Under the pieces are notes generated by a model. It searched no databases. It was not told where the DNA came from and saw only the letters and a program-made list of their open reading frames with translations. Positions 32,903-43,187 of a stretch of DNA of 64,000 nucleotides are shown here, piece by piece. Each line of letters begins with the position of its first letter. Positions within the stretch are counted from its first letter, which is position 1. The position numbers were made by a program, and so were the translations under genes. Location: the NCBI GenBank assembly GCA_963706955.1, contig CAVPOC010000005.1:32001-96000 (forward strand). Direction: 5' to 3'. Source of the DNA: an uncultured Verrucomicrobiae bacterium. Lineage in GTDB: Bacteria > Verrucomicrobiota > Verrucomicrobiia > Chthoniobacterales > Terrimicrobiaceae.

Positions 32903-34513
32903 TCAACGAGACAAGCTTCTCTCTCGCTTCGAGCGGTCTGCATGGCGGGGCTCTTCCCGGACTACCTGTGTGGAATTCTTATCCTCGCGTAATCCGAGAA
33001 ACACTGGCTGACGAAGCCGATTGTCGCGGGTCCATTCCGAAAACTTCACCTGGCAAACAATGTTCGGCTCGACCCAGCGGCAGCGTCTCATCTCCGCAGC
33101 CGTGATCGTCTGGCTGTATCCTGCACCACGTTTTTCCGGTAGATTCGAAAACGGGCACGTGTCGCGGAGAATCTTCTGAAATCTCGCATGCAAGCTGTGC
33201 AGCAAGGCGCTATCAAAGCCCGTCCCAACCTTTCCGACGAAGATAAGCTTTCCGTGTTCATACACGCCCACGAGCAGCGCGCCGAAGTACTTTCTTGTTC
33301 CGCCGGGAGGTGTGAATCCGCCGATGACGAACTCCTGCTCGCACTGGAGTTTGAGCTTGATCCAGGCGCCGCTCCGGCGGCCGGATTCGTAAGGGGATTC
33401 TTTGCGCTTACCGATGAGGCCTTCCAGTCCGAGCTTGCGGACTTGTTCCAGCAGCTGCGTAGCGCTCCCTTCCAAGGAAGAGGATAGCCGGATGACCCCT
33501 GGTGGATTTTTCAAGAGGCGGCCTAGCCTTTCCTGGCGCTCATTCAGCGGCGTCTCACGGAGATCCTTTCCGTTCAGACGAAGCAGGTCGAAGGCATAAT
33601 AAAATATCGGAGGTCTCTCTTGGCCAAGCTCGAATGCCTGGAGGAGCTGGAAGGAGGAAATGCCCTGCTGGTCGAGCGCCACAATCTCTCCATCAATCAC
33701 CGCGTCTTTAGCGTTCAATTCGGAGATTGATTCGAGCACTTCCGGGAACTTTGCCCCGAAATCTTTTTCGTTTCGGGAAAGCAGGCGGGCTTCCGAGCCG
33801 CCTTTGAGAGCAATAGCACGGAAACCATCAAACTTGATTTCGTAGAGCCAATCTCCTCGCGGCGGCGATTCGACCAGCAGCGCTTTCATCGGCTCGACAA
33901 ACTCGGGTAGCGGTGCAGGCGGCGCCTGTTTTCGGCCCGCTCGATTCACGGGAGAGCCTGATCTCCAAATTCGGTCCCCCTTGGCGAGCTCTTTCATGCT
34001 CTTGCCGGAGAGTGCCGAAGTATCGTCAAGTTTCTTGGAAATCGGCGCCATGTCCTCCCCTCCACGGATGAGTAACCATTGCTTTTCGTCGCGTAAGCGC
34101 ACGAGATACCATTCGCCACGCAGTTTTTTGCCACTCAGGATCACATGCAGCTTTCCACCCGAGAGTTGTTTGAGCGGAGCGGCGCCGAGTGGCTCGAATG
34201 TGCCCAGGTCCCACACGAGCACAGTGCCGCCACCGTATTCACCTTTTGGAATTGAGCCTTCGAAATTGATGTACGATACGGGATGGTCTTCAACTTGCAC
34301 CGCGAGGCGCTTCTCTCCCTTCTTCAAGGGAATACCCTTTGGAACGGCCCAAGATTTTAGGGTGCCCTCGAATTCCAGGCGAAAGTCGTAATGCAATCGT
34401 GTCGCGTCGTGCTTCTGAACCACAAAGCGGCGCCTCGCGGCGGTGGAAAGTTCGCCCTCGGGCTCAGAAGTCTTGGAGAAGTCACGCTTTCTTTGGTAAT
34501 CCTTAAGGGACAT
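32903..34513 (-). CDS. ligD: LigD, phosphoesterase + ATP-dependent ligase domains (no polymerase domain)
   Basis: FVVQKHDATRLHYDFRLE..SWAVPKG..EDHP; EIKFDGFR; DGEIV; EGLIGK; W.K.K; LRQPVFLGLREDK. Confidence 0.92.
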   Translation of the reverse strand: MSLKDYQRKRDFSKTSEPEGELSTAARRRFVVQKHDATRLHYDFRLEFEGTLKSWAVPKGIPLKKGEKRLAVQVEDHPVSYINFEGSIPKGEYGGGTVLVWDLGTFEPLGAAPLKQLSGGKLHVILSGKKLRGEWYLVRLRDEKQWLLIRGGEDMAPISKKLDDTSALSGKSMKELAKGDRIWRSGSPVNRAGRKQAPPAPLPEFVEPMKALLVESPPRGDWLYEIKFDGFRAIALKGGSEARLLSRNEKDFGAKFPEVLESISELNAKDAVIDGEIVALDQQGISSFQLLQAFELGQERPPIFYYAFDLLRLNGKDLRETPLNERQERLGRLLKNPPGVIRLSSSLEGSATQLLEQVRKLGLEGLIGKRKESPYESGRRSGAWIKLKLQCEQEFVIGGFTPPGGTRKYFGALLVGVYEHGKLIFVGKVGTGFDSALLHSLHARFQKILRDTCPFSNLPEKRGAGYSQTITAAEMRRCRWVEPNIVCQVKFSEWTRDNRLRQPVFLGLREDKNSTQVVREEPRHADRSKRERSLSR

Positions 34514-34684
34514 CAGCACATGATGCAATCGGTCTGGGCAGTTGGCCAGTCCCTATGATTACTCTGCCGAGATCTAATCTCTTTTCCGCAACGTCTCCCT
34601 CATGATTCGCCCTAGCCTGAACTCAGGGAGAGCATTCGAGGAGGATGACGGGCCGAGGTCCCCGCGAGCGGCGAAGCCATTGGT

Positions 34685-35185
34685 ATGAAAATAAACACAC
34701 TCCAAGATGCGCTTATTCATGAGATGCGGGATCTCTATAGCGCCGAAGTCCAACTCACCGAAGCGCTGCCGAGGATGGCCAAAGCGGCCTCTCACGAGCA
34801 GCTGGCGGAGGCGTTTGAGGAGCACCTCGCGCAAACTAAGGGACACGTTCAACGCTTGGAAGAAGCTTTCAAACGACTCGACGCCTCGCCGCGCGGGGAA
34901 AAGTGTAAGGCAATGGAAGGCCTCATCGAGGGAAGTAAGAGCACGCTCGAACTCGATGCCGACGATATGGTCCGCGATGCACTCCTCATAGGTATCGCCC
35001 AAAAGGTGGAGCATTATGAAATTGCAGCCTACGGAATGGCGCGCACGTTCGCCCAGCGCCTCGGAGAGGACAACATCGCTTCCCTCCTCGAACAAACGCT
35101 GAAGGAGGAATCGGAAACCGATCGCAAGCTTACGAAAATTGCCGAAAGCGCGGTGAATCCCGACGCCGAAGCGCCAGACGACTAA
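34685..35185 (+). CDS. Ferritin-like YciE/YciF (DUF892) protein
   Basis: DLYSAE..HLAQT..HVQRLE..C.AMEGLIE..AQKVEHYEIAAYG..TLKEE..D. Confidence 0.93.
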   Translation: MKINTLQDALIHEMRDLYSAEVQLTEALPRMAKAASHEQLAEAFEEHLAQTKGHVQRLEEAFKRLDASPRGEKCKAMEGLIEGSKSTLELDADDMVRDALLIGIAQKVEHYEIAAYGMARTFAQRLGEDNIASLLEQTLKEESETDRKLTKIAESAVNPDAEAPDD

Positions 35186-35208
35186 GGCAACTTGGGATCG
35201 CTCTTCGT

Positions 35209-35237
35209 GGCCGGCGGGTGACGCTCATCCGCCGGCC
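35209..35237. terminator. GC-rich hairpin between convergent genes (possible terminator)
   Basis: GGCCGGCGGGTGA-CGC-TCATCCGCCGGCC, a 13-bp stem; no clear U tract. Confidence 0.35.
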
Positions 35238-37036
35238 GCAATTTTGTCGGGCTCCAACGTTGAGGGAGGTGACCCGGAAATCCGCTCTTGGCTAGGAAAA
35301 ACGAGATTTTGCCTTATTTCGGCGAGCGCGCTTTGCACGCTTGAGACGACGACGCTGGATGTGACCGCGCGGAGGCGTTCGACACGGTCCTGCGATGCCC
35401 CCCAGAGCGCCGTGACGATTGGCACGTTCGGCATGGCGCCCGTCAATCGCTTGAGTAAGTAACGCGCCTTTCGCTGGGCTAGCGGGGGCGAAGCTGAAAT
35501 GCAGATCTGTGCGCACGCACGATCGGACATGTCGGTGACTATTTCCCCAGCCAGGCTCTGTGAGGACAATATTTCGCAGCGAAAGCCTTCGGCCTCCAGC
35601 ATTCCAGACATCATCCGGACAATGGTTTCGTCGGTGGTTCCGCTTGCAGGCACAAAGACAACCGGCCCCGTGTCGGTTTTTATTCCTCCCGATGGCTGAA
35701 TCTCGCCGATTTGCTCAGCCATGAATTCGTCGATGGTGTCGCAGGCGAATTCGAGATGTCGCTCGTCCAAAACGCCTTCATTCAAACCTGCCTTGATTTG
35801 AATGAGCGCCGGGACGAGCAGCAAATCACAAAGTTCAACAAGCGAGTGTTCTTTGAGAAATTCGCGTGCGACTGTGGCGGCTTCGTCCTCACGGAACGAA
35901 AGTAGTCGTTGATAGAACTGGTCTGAAGGTGCCATCGCGGATCGGGTCCCAAGAAGAACATCGAGAAATCCCAGTTGCGGGATGTACTTTCCCATCACCG
36001 CAAGGCACACAGTGAGTGGCGTGGCGAGGAGCAAGCCAACGCCGCCCCACAACCATGCCCAGAAAATTGCCGCAAGGACAATTGCTGTTTTCGACAACCC
36101 GGTGCTGGAGGCATACAGCCATGGTTCAATAAGATTATTGCTGATAATCTCCATCACTAGAAAAAGTGCCAGCGTGAGGAGCGGCTGCGCCCACCCTTCA
36201 AATACGGCGAAGGAAAGGACTATCGGAAGGGCGGCACCGAGAATCGGACCCAGGTAGGGCACGAAGCGCAGGATAGCGCAAAGCAGACCCCATAGGCCCG
36301 CATTGGGGACGCCAATTAGAAACAGTCCCAAGGCAATGGGAATGCCGTAAGTCACATTGACTATCAGCTGCATCAGTAGGTACCTGCTCACGCGCTTCGC
36401 AGCGTCATTGAGTGCTCGCGTGGTCGTGTGAAAGCGCTGCCTGCCGGTGAGGGAAATAAGCCGATCCCGAATATCGTTGCGATCGATCAGGAAAAAGAGA
36501 ACGCAAACAAAAACGACCGCACCGGTTCCCAACATCGAGATGGCTTGCCCGAGCAGAGTTCGGACGAACTCAAAGGTAGTGGCAGGTTGGGTGGGCGGGG
36601 CAGGCTTGGGAGTTTCGGGCAATGGAGCTCTCGCGGCTGTCTTGCCTTCCATCTCGTCGAGCAAACCAGAGATGGTCGCCGTTGCGCGTGAAAACGGACC
36701 CATTTCAGGGTGCCTGATCGTCTCAAGCTTTTTGGAAATGGTCGCCCGATACTGCGGGAGCTTGTTGGCTAAATCCGCCAATTGGCCGGTGAAGGTGTAG
36801 GCGACTCCCCCCACTACGAGAACTGCGAGCGTAACCGCACAGACTGCAGCTACCACGGACCCCACACCTAACCGTTCGAGTCGGGTAGCTACAGGCGCCA
36901 ACAGGAACGTTAGCAGCACTGCCAGCGCCAATGGGATGAAGAGCTCTCGGAACCAGTAAAGTATTCCAACGATCACCACGAACGACACCAGCGCGCAGGT
37001 CCTCGAAACGACCGGCGGGAGCGAGGATTCCTGCAT
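35225..37036 (-). CDS. AI-2E family transporter with a C-terminal cytoplasmic domain
   Basis: IPLALAVLLTFLL.P, RFVPYLG, NLIEP, FWAWLWG..GLLLATPLT. Confidence 0.9.
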   Translation of the reverse strand: MQESSLPPVVSRTCALVSFVVIVGILYWFRELFIPLALAVLLTFLLAPVATRLERLGVGSVVAAVCAVTLAVLVVGGVAYTFTGQLADLANKLPQYRATISKKLETIRHPEMGPFSRATATISGLLDEMEGKTAARAPLPETPKPAPPTQPATTFEFVRTLLGQAISMLGTGAVVFVCVLFFLIDRNDIRDRLISLTGRQRFHTTTRALNDAAKRVSRYLLMQLIVNVTYGIPIALGLFLIGVPNAGLWGLLCAILRFVPYLGPILGAALPIVLSFAVFEGWAQPLLTLALFLVMEIISNNLIEPWLYASSTGLSKTAIVLAAIFWAWLWGGVGLLLATPLTVCLAVMGKYIPQLGFLDVLLGTRSAMAPSDQFYQRLLSFREDEAATVAREFLKEHSLVELCDLLLVPALIQIKAGLNEGVLDERHLEFACDTIDEFMAEQIGEIQPSGGIKTDTGPVVFVPASGTTDETIVRMMSGMLEAEGFRCEILSSQSLAGEIVTDMSDRACAQICISASPPLAQRKARYLLKRLTGAMPNVPIVTALWGASQDRVERLRAVTSSVVVSSVQSALAEIRQNLVFPSQERISGSPPSTLEPDKIAAGG

Positions 37037-37157
37037 GAGATCACTCTATTATCGCGCAATCGAGTCCCCTGCGCGCACTTTTTACAGGTTCTCCTTCACC
37101 CATGGGTCGCGTCCTTGATCGCCTGCGGAGTCTTCTTTAGATTTTCACCGTCATCTC

Positions 37158-38207
37158 TTGCCCTTGCGAAAAATCATTCACCTGGATATGGACTGCTTTT
37201 ATGCGGCCATCGAGCTTCGAGAAAGGCCCGAGCTCGTCGGCCACCCGGTTGCGGTCGGCGGCGGCAGCCCGCGTGGAGTAATTACGACATGCAATTACGA
37301 GGCTCGAGCGTTTGGCGTTCGTTCTGCGATGCCAGGATTCAAGGCGCGTGAACTATGTCCCGATTTGATTTTCCTTCCCGTTCGCTTCGATCTTTATCGA
37401 GCGAGCTCTGCGGCGATTCGTAAGATACTTCTGAGCTACACGCCACTGGTCGAGCCGCTTTCTCTCGATGAGGCTTTCCTCGACGTGAGCGCCTTGGGCC
37501 GCTACGCATGGGATATCGCGAAGGAGCTGCGCGGACGCATCTTTGATGAGACTGCCCTCACGTCATCCGCTGGCATCGCACCAAACAAGATGCTGGCCAA
37601 AATCGCCAGCGATTGGCGAAAGCCAAACGGTCAATTCGCCATTCCCCCGAGCAAGGTTGAAGACTTTATGAGGACATTGCCGGTGAAGAAGTTGTGGGGC
37701 ATCGGTCCGAAAGGGGCCGAGCGCTTCGCCAGCCTTGGCATCGAGACGTGCGGAGATCTTCAGAAATACTCGCTCACCGAAATGGTCCAGGCCTTTGGTC
37801 GATGGGGACGCGAGCTTTACGCGCTTTGCCGGGGCGAGGACGATCGTCCCGTGGAGCCTAATCGCATTCGCAAGTCTCTTAGTAATGAATGCACTTACTC
37901 TCAGAATCTTAGATCCCTCGGTGCGTGTGAGAACGCGATCGACGAACTAATTGCCGATCTGCAGGCCGAGCTCGGGCAAAAAGCATCGCTGCGCCAGATC
38001 CGAAAGGCTTTCGTAAAAGTTAAGTTTGCTGATTTTTCGCGCACGACCAAGGAGTGTCTCAGCCATGAAGCGACGCGGGAGGTTTTCCATGCTCTGCTCA
38101 AAGTGGCATACTCGCGGAAGGAGAAACATGTGCGTCTTCTCGGCGTCGGCGTGCGTTTTGAAGAGGAGCACGATGAAGAATCCAACCAGATTCTCATGCC
38201 GTTCTAG
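37158..38207 (+). CDS. dinB: DNA polymerase IV
   Basis: IIHLDMDCFYA, CNYEAR.FGVRSAMP, SLDEAF, AKIASD..KPNG, VRLLGV; TTG start. Confidence 0.95.
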   Translation: MPLRKIIHLDMDCFYAAIELRERPELVGHPVAVGGGSPRGVITTCNYEARAFGVRSAMPGFKARELCPDLIFLPVRFDLYRASSAAIRKILLSYTPLVEPLSLDEAFLDVSALGRYAWDIAKELRGRIFDETALTSSAGIAPNKMLAKIASDWRKPNGQFAIPPSKVEDFMRTLPVKKLWGIGPKGAERFASLGIETCGDLQKYSLTEMVQAFGRWGRELYALCRGEDDRPVEPNRIRKSLSNECTYSQNLRSLGACENAIDELIADLQAELGQKASLRQIRKAFVKVKFADFSRTTKECLSHEATREVFHALLKVAYSRKEKHVRLLGVGVRFEEEHDEESNQILMPF

Positions 38208-38318
38208 TAGTTGGCTTCAACGCTAGTCCACTTGGGTCAGGGTTCGGGAGAGGTGGCTGTGCCAAACTTACCCAGCCTTCACGTCAGTCTGCGCCGGAAC
38301 TGCGTGCGCGAATGCCAA

Positions 38319-38777
38319 TCACGCATGCGGAAAGATCTCAAGAATGGTTCTTTGGCGAAACTGAAAAATGGAATGAAGTTGGGCGCGCACGAGCGGCAGG
38401 GCCAGTTCGCCGAGGGGGGGAAAAGGCAGCGCGTACTTGACGCGGTCGCGGATGCGCGTCGTGCCCGCGTCCACCTCGTCAAAGATGTGATGGTGCACCC
38501 ATTTTCGGTAAGGGCCTTTCAATTGCTCATCAATAAACTCAAGCGGTGGGTTCCAGCGGCAGATTCGCGTCCGCCACCGCAAGGGCAGACGGTGAAGAAG
38601 GATCGTGTAGTCGATCAGTGTTCCTTCATCCATGCGAATCGGCATGGGGGTGAGGATCTTGAAGCCAAGGGACGGAGGAGTGATTCGCATCAAATTGGAG
38701 GCATCAGAAAAGAATGCAAAAATTTCCCGACGCGCGATGGGAACGACCACCTCAGTCTCGAGCAGATGTTCCAGCAC
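38319..38777 (-). CDS. SRPBCC family protein
   Basis: FFSDASNL.RITPP..W.T.I..F.DEQ.KGPY..W.H.H.F. Confidence 0.88.
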   Translation of the reverse strand: MLEHLLETEVVVPIARREIFAFFSDASNLMRITPPSLGFKILTPMPIRMDEGTLIDYTILLHRLPLRWRTRICRWNPPLEFIDEQLKGPYRKWVHHHIFDEVDAGTTRIRDRVKYALPFPPLGELALPLVRAQLHSIFQFRQRTILEIFPHA

Positions 38778-38788
38778 TGCTCAGGAAA

Positions 38789-39766
38789 TTACGTGTGGGA
38801 TGATTTTCTCTTCGTCCCCGAGCTCCCATTGAGCGGCTTGAGCCTTGCCTCGATCTCGCGTCGGCGATGCTCAAGAAAGGGGGGCAGTGAGAGACTTTCC
38901 CCAAGCGTCTCGAGTGGTTCGTCGGCCGTGAAGCCCGGCTCGTCGGTGGCGATCTCGAAGAGGATGCCATTCGGATCACGGAAATAAAGGCTCCGAAAAT
39001 AGAAGCGATCTATCGGACCGCTCGAGGCAATTCGTGCTTCCGCGAGGCGCTCTACCCACCCATCGTGTTCTTTGTCAGTCGTGCGCAAGGCGAGATGATG
39101 GACGCTCCCAGCGCCCTGCCTCGCAAATGGCAGTTCCGGTTCAACGGCGACATGCAACTCCGCGGCGGGGCCGCCGGAACCCATTTCATAGACGTGGATC
39201 GTCGAGCTCTCACCTAACCTATATTGGCGGACTGCATGCATGCCCAGAACATCTTCGAGGATGCGCGCGGTGCGATCGAGCCTCGGAACACTGATCGTGA
39301 TCGGGCCCAACCCGCGAATCTGATGTTCGGGCGGGACGGGACTTTCTTCCCATGGGTAGACGCTGCCGGCCCGACCATCCTCAACGAGATTAAAACGTTG
39401 CCCCTCGGGATCTTCAAAGTCGAGGGTCAGTCGCCCGTCACGTGTAGTAACAACGCCATGCTTCACACTGTGACTTCGAAAGCGGCTCTGCCACCATTCG
39501 AAGGCGCTTTCTCCCGCTATTCGCAGCCCCGTCCGGACGATGCTGTGGGTGCCTCTTTCCTCAGGCGTGGCTGGCCAAACGAAGAAGGTTAAATCAGTGC
39601 CTGGACTCCCCTTCCCATCCGCGTAAAAAAGATGGTAGGCAGAGACATCGTCCTGATTGACAGTTTTCTTTACCAGACGCATCCCAAGCACGTCCGTGTA
39701 GAAATCATAGTTACCGCGCGCGTTCGCCGTGATTGCTGTGAGATGGTGGATACCGTGAAGCTGCAT
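38789..39766 (-). CDS. Ring-cleaving dioxygenase / glyoxalase family (MhqO-like)
   Basis: [51 protein letters not shown]. Confidence 0.93.
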   Translation of the reverse strand: MQLHGIHHLTAITANARGNYDFYTDVLGMRLVKKTVNQDDVSAYHLFYADGKGSPGTDLTFFVWPATPEERGTHSIVRTGLRIAGESAFEWWQSRFRSHSVKHGVVTTRDGRLTLDFEDPEGQRFNLVEDGRAGSVYPWEESPVPPEHQIRGLGPITISVPRLDRTARILEDVLGMHAVRQYRLGESSTIHVYEMGSGGPAAELHVAVEPELPFARQGAGSVHHLALRTTDKEHDGWVERLAEARIASSGPIDRFYFRSLYFRDPNGILFEIATDEPGFTADEPLETLGESLSLPPFLEHRRREIEARLKPLNGSSGTKRKSSHT

Positions 39767-39872
39767 GAGACACCTTACACCATCCGAACCAGCTTGCCGA
39801 CGCCCGCGATCGAGGAAAATATCGCACCCAATTCCCGCGGCGGACCAGGAAAATTGTCCAGCGAGGCGGCGG

Positions 39873-40874
39873 CTAGGTTTCGTCAAAGGCTTCCATGACG
39901 ATCTCATAGCTGCGGCGTCGCGCCTGATGATCGAAGATCATGGAGTGGATCATCAGCTCGTCTGCACGCGTGAGCTGGCGCAGTGACTGCAATCCTTCTC
40001 GCACGGTCGCGAGACTTCCGATAATTGAACCGCGCACGAACGATGAATTTTCAATTCTTCCCGGGAACACTTCCTCGAAGCTGCCAACCGGAGGCGGCAA
40101 TTCAATTGGAACGCCTCGTGCCAGACTCACGTGCGCCTGCAGGTGCGAGGTCGCCAGGCAAATTGCCTCCTCGTCGGTCTCAGCAGCAAAAACATTGATT
40201 CCGACCATTGCGTAGGGCTCGGACAGCGCTCCCGAGGGCCGAAATCCGCGTCGATAAAGCTCGAGTCCCCCAAGTATGTTGTCCGGTGAGAAATGGCCCG
40301 CAGAGGCGAACGGCAGCCCAAGCTGACCTGCCAGTTGCGCGCTAAACCCGCCAGAGCCCAATAGCCAGATAGGAATGTCCAGCCCGGCGCCCGGGACGGC
40401 TCGGATCCGCTGCCCGGGCAAGGGAGGATTTAGAAGCGTTCGCAATTCCGCGAGCCTCTCTGGAAAGTCCTCTCCAGTAAGATCGGGGTTCTGGCGCAGC
40501 AGTCGGACGGTCGTCTGATCAGTTCCAGGTGCCCGGCCTAGACCCAGATCAATTCGCCCCGGAAACAAGGACTCTAGGGTGCCAAATTGCTCAGCAATCA
40601 GGAGCGGAGCATGGTTTAGCAGCATAATACCTCCCGAGCCGACTCTGATCTTCTCCGTGCCTTGCGCCAGATGGCCGATTACCACCGAGGTAGCAGCGCT
40701 GGAGATGCCAGGCATGTTGTGGTGCTCGGCTACCCAGAAACGTCGATAACCGAGCCGCTCCGTATGGCGAGCCAAGTCCAGCGATCGGGCGAATGCATCC
40801 GCGGCTGATCCCCCCGAGACGATCGGACAGAGGTCCAGAACAGAAAGCGGGATCCTGGTCAGTTCCTCGCTCAT
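39873..40874 (-). CDS. LLM-class flavin-dependent oxidoreductase
   Basis: [35 protein letters not shown]. Confidence 0.93.
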   Translation of the reverse strand: MSEELTRIPLSVLDLCPIVSGGSAADAFARSLDLARHTERLGYRRFWVAEHHNMPGISSAATSVVIGHLAQGTEKIRVGSGGIMLLNHAPLLIAEQFGTLESLFPGRIDLGLGRAPGTDQTTVRLLRQNPDLTGEDFPERLAELRTLLNPPLPGQRIRAVPGAGLDIPIWLLGSGGFSAQLAGQLGLPFASAGHFSPDNILGGLELYRRGFRPSGALSEPYAMVGINVFAAETDEEAICLATSHLQAHVSLARGVPIELPPPVGSFEEVFPGRIENSSFVRGSIIGSLATVREGLQSLRQLTRADELMIHSMIFDHQARRRSYEIVMEAFDET

Positions 40875-41088
40875 CGGAGAAGTTCGCGCGTCGATAGCGC
40901 GTTGGACTTCCGTGAATGCGGACAGATTCCTATGTACATATTTACAGTAAATAACAACTGGAATATGCTAATAATCAGATATCGCAAGCTGCATGCGCGA
41001 ATCAAGTGGTCGTTGGTGCCCGAGAGTGGATCTACCCACACGGGGCATGGGGACCACCGCTGCTCCGACCATTGGGACGCGCTAGTCA

Positions 41089-43187
41089 CTAAAAGGCTAC
41101 TCCGATGGCGAAATGGAAGGCACCCTGCGCCTCCCCTTGCTTTGGAGAGGGGTTCAGACCGTAGTCGAAGCGAACTGCGCCGATGGGCAGGTTATAACGA
41201 AGTCCTCCACCAACGGCGTAGCGCATGTCTTCGACTCCGAAGTGGGAAGCTTCTCGCACAACGTTACCCGCGTCTGCAAAAAGCGCTCCATAGAAATCAC
41301 CCCAAATGGGAAATGTATATTCGATATTAAACACGGTGAAACTCTCCCCCCAATCGGATAGCCGACCCTATCTTTCGGACCCAGAGTCAGTTCCGAAAAG
41401 CTGCGCACCGTGGTGGCGCCCCCATTGAAGAAGAGCTCGTCAATGGGCAGCTGATCATTGCTTAGGGATGAGATGATTCCTGCCCGGGCACCGAGGGCGA
41501 GCGAAGATTTTGACGTCACCTGAACGTAGTAGGAGAAACGAGCGTTGCCGCGAATGAAGGGAATTGCTCCCAGCCCCTCGGGTGCAAAATCCAGCGAGCT
41601 CGCAAAGATGAAGCCTTTGGTGGGCAGAACCTTGTTATTGCGGTAATCAAGCGTTTGAGAGATTCCCAGCCCCACTACCGAATAATCCTCCGGTCCAACG
41701 AACGTTTCGGGCGTTATCAGGATGTCGGTTAGGACGACATACTTTGCCTGCATGAACGCTGACACTTCCCAATGGGAAGTTACCTTTCGGGAGAAGGTCG
41801 GTTGCACCCCGAACTCACGTTTCGAATAACCTTTAAGCTCAGAGGTCAAAGCGTAGAGGCGTAATTCGAATCGGTAGTCGGTATCAAAGAGCCAGGGATT
41901 CGTGTATCTGAATTCTCCACTCAAGCCACGTTGGTTCCATTCCGCGCTAAAACTTATCGGCCGGCCGGAAGCCAGGAAATTTCGATCGGCGTAGCTAAGA
42001 TTAACAATCAGGCCGTAGAAGCTGGCATAGCCGATACCGAGACCGAGTTCCTTCGCGCGGGCCTCCTCCACAGTCACGTCCAATCGCACTTGGTCCCCCG
42101 CGATCGCTTCAGGGGTGATTCGCAAGTTCCGAAATAGACCGGTCTCGATCAGCTCACGAAAGCGACTATCGATCAACGCAGGATCATAGACCTTCCCCTG
42201 TAAGCGCTGGAGCCGTTTTTGAATGAACGAGGGTCTGACGCCTTCCGTGCCACTGACAGTGATCCCGTCGAATCGATATAAGGGACCCGGCGCAATCTTG
42301 AACGTCGCGGGCACATTGCCGCCTCGCGCAGCCTCAACATTGCCAGTGGCTTCAACGCTCGCCATGAAGTAGCCGCGTTTCTTGTAGAAGTCCTCAAGCT
42401 TGCGCTGCGCTGCGGCGAGCCTCCCCTCGGTATAAATGTTCTTAGTTTCCTCAAGGATCTCTGCCAGGAGGGTTTCACGAGGGAAGATGATCGGCCCTTT
42501 CAGCTCGATATCGCCGAAGTGGTATTGGATACCTTCCTTCAGTCTGAGGGTGATGGTCGCGGATGTTTTATCAGCATTCAGAGTGAACTCCGGGGGATCA
42601 ACCTGCGCGTCGAGGAAGCCTTCGGCTGCATAGAGGCGACGGATCAAGTCCACTCCGCTGTAAATATCCGTCTCAATGAAGGGAAGGCCGGTATCTTGAC
42701 GGATGCGCGGGTAGCGTTCGCGCGTCGGTCCGAGCAGATAGTTGGTCAATGCGGCCGTGTCATAAGCCTCATTGCCGATGATTGTAATCGTGCCAACTCG
42801 CGTAAGTGGACCTTCCACCACAGTCAACCGCAGCCGCCACGGGCCCAGGATCTGTGAGCTTACTTCGACCTGAGAATACCCATGTTTTCGATAGAACGAC
42901 TCCAGGAAAAAAACCGCATCATAGGCATTGGCATCATCGAGGCCATATTCTTCGATCGCTTGAATTTGGCGGGCGATGCCTTCCCGCAGCTGGGCTTCTC
43001 TGAAGGCCGATGTGCCTTGAAATTCGACCTGAAGCTTGCCTTGCTTCTTCGGCGCAGGCGTCACCGAGGGTTGCAAGCCCTGAGGCGGCGGCGGCATTTC
43101 GTGCACCGACTCCGCCTCAGGTTGAGAATGCATCCCGCTCGTCGAGATCAGCGCGAGCGCAAAGACAAGCAGCCAGAAGCGTCTCAT
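41089..43187 (-). CDS. BamA/TamA (Omp85) family outer-membrane protein (one frameshift in a G-run near 41345)
   Basis: POTRA-like repeats, FFNGGATTVRSF, FADAGNV..GGGLRY..PIG.VRFDYG, C-terminal F. Confidence 0.88.
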
